Origin: Eledone cirrhosa
Taxonomy: Eukaryota
NCBI GenBank assembly: GCA_964016885.1
Contig: OZ024742.1
Span: forward strand, 256,928,001-256,992,000
Length of the DNA stretch: 64,000 nt
Reading direction: 5' to 3'
Positions within the stretch are counted from its first letter, which is position 1. Every line of letters starts with the position of its first letter. Below, one piece after another: positions 58,273 to 64,000 of the stretch. Position numbers and translations under genes: made by a program. The notes beneath the pieces are model-generated. The model was not told the DNA's origin, made no database searches, and was given only the letters and a program-made list of their open reading frames with translations.

Positions 58273-61200
58273 ATGACCTCACTCAGAATAGGCAGCATAA
58301 ATGCGCGTGGCTTGGGGTCGTCATGGAAGCAGGGCCACCTACTCAACGACCTCAGTTCACTAAACATAGATGTAGTGGCCATCAGCGAGACCAGAATCTC
58401 CGAAGCACAGGCTTTCGCACCGATCTTCGGCGGCTACGATGTGTACGCATCTCCCAGCCGTCCGGGATCGGGGGGAGGAGTTGCTGTGCTTTTTCGGAGA
58501 GGTTTGGATCTTGGAATACGGGCCATCTTCCTGGACCCAGAAGGTAAGTTGGAGGTGCTGGACTTGACCAGCGGAGACAGGCAAGCTTTCAGGTTAGTGG
58601 CCGTCTATGCCCCGACAGGAGCAGGGCGGCCTGATTTCATCCGGCGTCTGGAGACCTTTCTTGGAACGTCCCGCTCTTTAGTATTAGTGGGCGACTGGAA
58701 CGGGATCTTAGATGCACGCTGGGATTGTGTGGAATTAGTGGATAGGGGAGGAGGGTGCAAGAGTCTCACCAACCTGCTCAGACGTTTTGAACTGTCTGAC
58801 AGGTACCGAATGGATTTCCCGAATGTACCAATGTGGACTTGGACAAATCGCATAGGGTCATCCAGATCATATCTAGATAGAGTATTTTGTAGGGAAATAG
58901 ATAGGTCTAGCATAGGCTGTCCACAATTCAAGATAGTCAGCTACACGGACCACAAATTCGTGATCTGTGTGCTTGACTTAGATAGGCTTCTTAGGCGAGG
59001 ACCCGGCTACTGGAAGCTAAACGCGTCCTTACCAGCGCGCAAGGCCTACAGAGACCGGATTAGCGAACTAGTTAAGCGGGCGTTGACGGGGGCCATCGTC
59101 AACAACAAGTGGTGGTTTGCTCTGAAAAGAGCAATTAGAATAGAGTACATTGGGTTTAGTAAGACTTTAGCAATAGAGAAAAATAGAGCAGAGGGAGAAT
59201 TAGTTAGAAAATTAGATGAGGCGCTTAGCAAAGGTATGGCGACCGACGTACTTGCGGCGAAATTGGCCCTTGACCAATTCTTCAATGCAAAGCACGAAGG
59301 CTGCGTTGTCAGAGCTAGGGTGCGTGCTCTCAGACACGAGGGGACGAAAGCCGTTCAATGGGCCCGAGTGGCGGAGGCGCGTCGTGGCAACAAAGCCACG
59401 ATCCGGTCTTTGGTGGACCACGACGGGCGCATGCTACTCGATCCCGGGCAAATGTGTGAAGCTTTTCAGCGACACTTCGCTCAACTGTTCGGGGGCAGTG
59501 GCGGGCCGGATCGAGGGATGGACTTTAGTGTCTACCTCGACGGACTGCCGCGGCTTTCGGCCACTGAGGCGGAGTGTTGCGAAAAGCCGATAACAACCGC
59601 TGAAGTACGGGATCCAATGACTAGTTGCACGAGGGGTAAATCGCCTGGTTTGGATGGTCTGCCCTATGAACTTTACGTACAAATGCCAAACTTGTTCGGA
59701 GGCCTCTTGGCGGACGTCTACTGCAACTGGCAACAGAACGGGAGAATTCCCAGCTCTTTAAGCCGAGGAGCGGTGGCGCTGCTGAGAAAGGATCCGAACA
59801 AGGGGGATAACATAGATAATTTTAGGCCCATAACTCTGCTAAACACAGAGTTCAAGATTTTGGCCAAGGTGCTAGCAAAGAGGTTGGCGCTTGTCGTTGG
59901 TGGTCTGGTGGGAGAGGCACAGACATGCGCCATTCCCGACAGATCCATCCACGACAACCTCCACCTCATGCGATACATCGTAGAGAGGGTAGCTAGGGAA
60001 CCTGGCAAGGGTGGGTCTTTGATCAATTTAGATCAATCGAAAGCCTTCGATAGGGTCGACCATCGTTACCTAGCGGCAGTCCTGAGGGCGGCTGGCTTTG
60101 GACCCGTCTTCAGAGGCTGGATCGCTGCCATGCACAGCGACATCTGCTCTGTAGTGAGAGTGAACGGTCACCTTTCGGAACCGTTCAACATCATGCGCTC
60201 TGTCCGCCAAGGATGTCCCCTCTCGTCCCTATTGTACGTATTGACTCTTAGCCATTACTGCACAAACTGGAGACGTTGAGGGGGGTCCCGCGCGAACTAG
60301 GATGCGAAAGATCCGTGTCAGCATATGCCGACGATGTCACCGTAGTGGTGTCGGACGCCAAACACATCGAGGCGATCGGCACTACACTAAGAGAATACGA
60401 AGCGTTGACAGGAGCAATGATCAACCAGGAAAAGTCAGTGGGCCTGCAGCTCGGCACCTGGAGAGGCAGGTCCATGCCGTCCAACAGCGTCGTCGGGCGC
60501 TGGACGGACGGACCAGTTAAATTGCTAGGGGTCTGGTTCGGTCCAGACCTCTAGACGGACAAAAACTGGGACGAGGTGACCAGCAGGGTGGCTTCTCTCA
60601 CCCAGAAATGGGCCGAGAGGAAGCTATCCCTGAAAGGTCGAGCGGAGGTGGCGAATGCGTACATCGCATCCGTCATCTACTACCGCCTGTCCGTCGTACC
60701 TTGTCCTAAGCCCCGCCTGACTGCGCTGGAGCGTTTGCTGTTTCGCTTCTTGTGGAAGGGACGCGCTCCGATAGTCTGGTGGTCCATCTGCTGTCAACAC
60801 CCGCTACGTGGAGGGCTGGGCATGCCGTGGCTGATGATGCGCAGACACGCGCTCAGGCTACGACATCTCCACCTCTTCCTCGACGGTGATCAGGTGTGGT
60901 CGCCGTTTGCTAGACACTTTTTTCCCCAGCTCGTCTCCTTGACGGAGCTGCAGTCCTGGGTCAAGCAAAGACCGAGAGGGAGCGCTTGGAGACTGGAATG
61001 TCTTCAGGCGCTCACAGCCCTCGACAAATCGGGCAATGTGATCGGTGGAAACTCCACCTTGGCGTTCTATAGGGGATTAGTGGAGGGGAAGAGCGACGAC
61101 GTACTTGGAGAAACTCTAGGCGTCGACGAAAATCAACTAGCCAATCTCTTCGGAAGGACTTTCGGGCCGGGGCCTATGGACAACTTCCAGAAATCCCTGG

Positions 61201-61691
61201 CCTGGCAGTGCTACCGAGGAGCTTTGCCAGTTCGGGATAAACTCTACAGGCATGGAGGTGCCGTCAGCCGGGCATGTCCGAGATGCGTGCAGGGCGACGA
61301 AACCGTCCTGCACGCACTCGTCCAGTGTCCGAGCATTGCTGACTTGTGGGTTTATGTCGAACACCTGCTGTCACGTGTAGGACGGATCCAGCTATCAGCT
61401 GAGTCCATCGTGAGGATTGCCCCGCCCCCTTCCTTTAGCCGGGAAGGGCAGGCAGTTTTTATCTGTCTGGTGGCCATGGCAAAAGAGATAGTATGGTGGA
61501 CACGTTTGAAAGGGCTGAAGACGAGCACTTACTTCTTCGGTGATGCCCTGATTAACTTTTTCAAATTTCATTTGAAAAGGAAAATCAGGGTAGAGAGGGA
61601 ATTGCTTTCTTCCCAGCATTTTGTTGAAAGATGGGTGAGAGAAGCAAGTATGGCCCGAATGAATGGGCCTTCTCTGAGTATGTGTCTGTAA
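58273..61691 (+). pseudogene. Tx1 ORF2 (APE-RT); frameshift ~60250, stop at 60552
   Basis: 668-aa intact APE plus RT N-terminal part with GDWN, then YADD and CPRC pieces. Near-identical to copy A ORF2. Confidence 0.96.
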
Positions 61692-61935
61692 ATTAAAGGT
61701 GGAAAACTGGGAGAGGGCACTTGCCCTGGTGGTCAGGGCCACTGTGGTCTTTTAATGGGCTTTCTCCACAAATGTCCCTCGGAAGTCTCCCCCCTATTGG
61801 GGAATTTTTCTTTGTTATTTTATTTCAACCTCCGTTTTTTTTTACACGCAGAAATGCCCATTTGTACCGTCCTGTATTGTCCTGTACTGTCCTTAATGTC
61901 TACTTTATGTAAAACCTTGTGGTTAATAAAGAAAA

Positions 61936-61985
<50 letters not shown>

Positions 61986-61986
<1 letters not shown>

Positions 61987-62383
61987 AGTTGCATTTATCT
62001 TGCTTTATGTTCATACGAGTTATCACCAAGTCACAACCAGTGACCTCAAGAGACAACAAGGTCCGCCATGTTCAAGAAAGAACATACATATTCACACATG
62101 CATCTTTAATGTTTAGACTTGTGATGTACTTATATTGACAGAATCTTCCTTAGTATATGGGCAGTTCCCATTAGTACTATCTTTTGTATCTCTCCTATAC
62201 GCGGGTTTCCTGGGATCTGCAATAAGTAATCATTAGCCCCCTTAGGTATCATTCCCAGAGCGCCTACAACCATTGGTATTGTTTTAGTTCTCAATTTCCA
62301 CATTTTTCCAATTTCTATCTCCAGGTCCTTATACTTGCTCAATTTTTCAAATGTTTTTATAGACACATTCTTGTCTATTGGAA
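61986..62383 (-). mobile_element. 5'-truncated R4/Dong-clade 3' fragment, same family as 43524-44160
   Basis: KTFEKLSKYKDLEIEIGKMWKLRTKTIPMVVGALG...GTAHILRKILSI. (ATT)n on both sides. Confidence 0.9.
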
Positions 62384-62459
<76 letters not shown>

Positions 62460-64000
62460 GGCGGCCTACGTAGTAAATCGTATCATCGTGAGATCCGCTA
62501 AGGTATTTTTTGTTTGCAGTTGTTTAAAATTGCCATTTATGGAAATGTTTTATTGTTAACTGTATATAAGTGCAGATACATTGTTTTCTGAAAAGGACAC
62601 TCAAAAAGATTGGGTCCTTGAGCCCAAAATTTAAACATTTATAATTATCAAACAAAAATGTATTTGAAAAAAACATGGATGAATCACAATCACACCTTCC
62701 TCACAAACTAACACCTCACACCGACACCACCATTGTAAATATTACTACGTTTGCCAACACTAAAAATATAAGCAGTAGAAATATTTTAAATTTGTCTTAG
62801 GCAGACATTCATTTCCCGCCATTGCCAATGACTGCGGGTGTTAAAGACGCTACCTCCACCACCACCACAGCGACAACAGAAACAAAAGAAAAAATAAATT
62901 AACTCGTGATATCGAAATTAATTCAACCAAAATGAACTCTTCCACACCGAACACCAGTGACGCCACCACCACCACAACTGAAACTAAAATTAACAATAAC
63001 AAAAATAACGATAACAACAACAGCAACAATGAAATTAAGAAAACCACCCTGAGTTTTGCCAGATTAGCAAAACAGTGCGAATCAATTCAGGCAACTCAGG
63101 AGGAATTAGAAGAAGCGAAAAAAATGGAAAAGAAAGATGGGTACAGGGTCAGCCCCCCCCCCCCCCCCCATAAACACACACACCTAATAAAATGGAGCAG
63201 CGGCGCCTATGCACCGTCTCTTATCGAACGATTAACATAAAATCGAGCCAAGTGGAACATGCATCCGAGTCCCATATCCAAAAAGCTTTGGGATATTTGT
63301 GGGCAAAAAAAAACCCCACATCAGACGTTTGGATAAGTATGGAACCGTGGACGTGTTCTTTGAAACACCACAGGAGGCTAGAGAACACTCCATGGCCCCA
63401 TTAAGCAGTGACGACTTCACACTCGTCCCAAGCTATTGTGGCCAGAGACTCGTAAAGATCAGGGTGACCCACGTACCACCGGCCATCGAAATTCCGTGGC
63501 TAATAGCTGCCATCCTGGCAGGCATCGAAGCCAACACCATCATAGTCGAAATAGCGAAAGAAAAGCAGCAGAACTGGACCGGATCTGGGATGGAGCTCTA
63601 GATCCAAGCGGAGCAAAAAAGCATTAAGGAGATCTCAGAGGTAATAGACCTCACTGGCGGGAGCCACCTCACGGTAATCGTCGAGGGCAGAAGGCCTAGG
63701 TGTGTCGTTTGTGGTGAAGGAACCCACCGAAGGGCTTTCTGGCCTCAGGCTAAAAGGTTGAGGCCACCTCTCTTACCCACCCCAAGGACTCAACCATCAA
63801 CACCACCAGCAGCAGAGATGGCAGCAACAACAGTAACAGTAACAACAGAAGCACATGTAACAGCAACAACCCCAGCAACAGTAGCAAAACCAACACCACC
63901 TCCACCCAACGCGCCAGAACTAGCACCAGCGCCTACACCATCCACCACGCAACAAACAAAACCAACGCCTGTGGAGGATTTTCCACTCCCCGGCCAATCA
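62460..64000 (+). mobile_element. Tx1-clade LINE, copy C (5' UTR + decayed B-type ORF1), continuing beyond the window
   Basis: Collinear with 56110-57640. Preceded by (ATT)n 62384-62459. Confidence 0.92.

Larger units (their letters stand above)
56110..61936 (+). mobile_element. Full-length Tx1-clade LINE, copy B, flanked by (TTA)n
   Basis: Same layout as copy A. (ATT)n on both sides. Confidence 0.95.

Noticed and set aside
50350-61742. Long antisense or alternative-frame ORFs over the Tx1 and R4 elements
   Set aside because: These are shadows of GC-rich coding or low-complexity sequence, repeated only because the elements are repeated.
56785-63185. Shared ORF1 frameshift at a C-run in copies B and C as programmed frameshifting
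   Set aside because: The C-run length differs between B and C, and copy A is continuous there. Homopolymer slippage explains it.

Overview
AT-rich eukaryotic DNA dense in microsatellites and repeats, with no supportable host gene. The SINE types and the (TA)n/(TAA)n/(GATA)n load suggest a cephalopod such as Octopus (inference). The window is almost entirely retroelements sorted by microsatellite. (1) About 3.7-42.4 kb: (TA)n tracts hold two Penelope-like elements (PLE; one near-intact RT + GIY-YIG at 25300-28390) and about 30 minimal type-I hammerhead ribozyme (HHR) motifs, intact or degenerate, from at least ten unrelated small repeat families. Most sit in fold-back palindromes. A tandem HHR-containing ~0.5-kb retrozyme-like repeat carries its own (TA)n tract. 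(2) About 43.3-64 kb: a (TAA)n/(TTA)n array holds R4/Dong-clade RLE retrotransposons (minus) and three head-to-tail Tx1-clade LINEs (plus). Two Tx1 copies share near-identical ORF2 but have different ORF1s. Both show a candidate 52-53 nt phase-2 intron that would fuse ORF1 to ORF2 in frame. (3) A sister Tx1 lineage lies in (TATC)n at 6.7-9 kb. Also present: a decayed RTE LINE, a CRE-type RLE fragment, a Helitron-like remnant, tRNA-type SINEs and a piggyBac-like MITE. All alignments and folds were done by eye, so coordinates may be off by a few nt.
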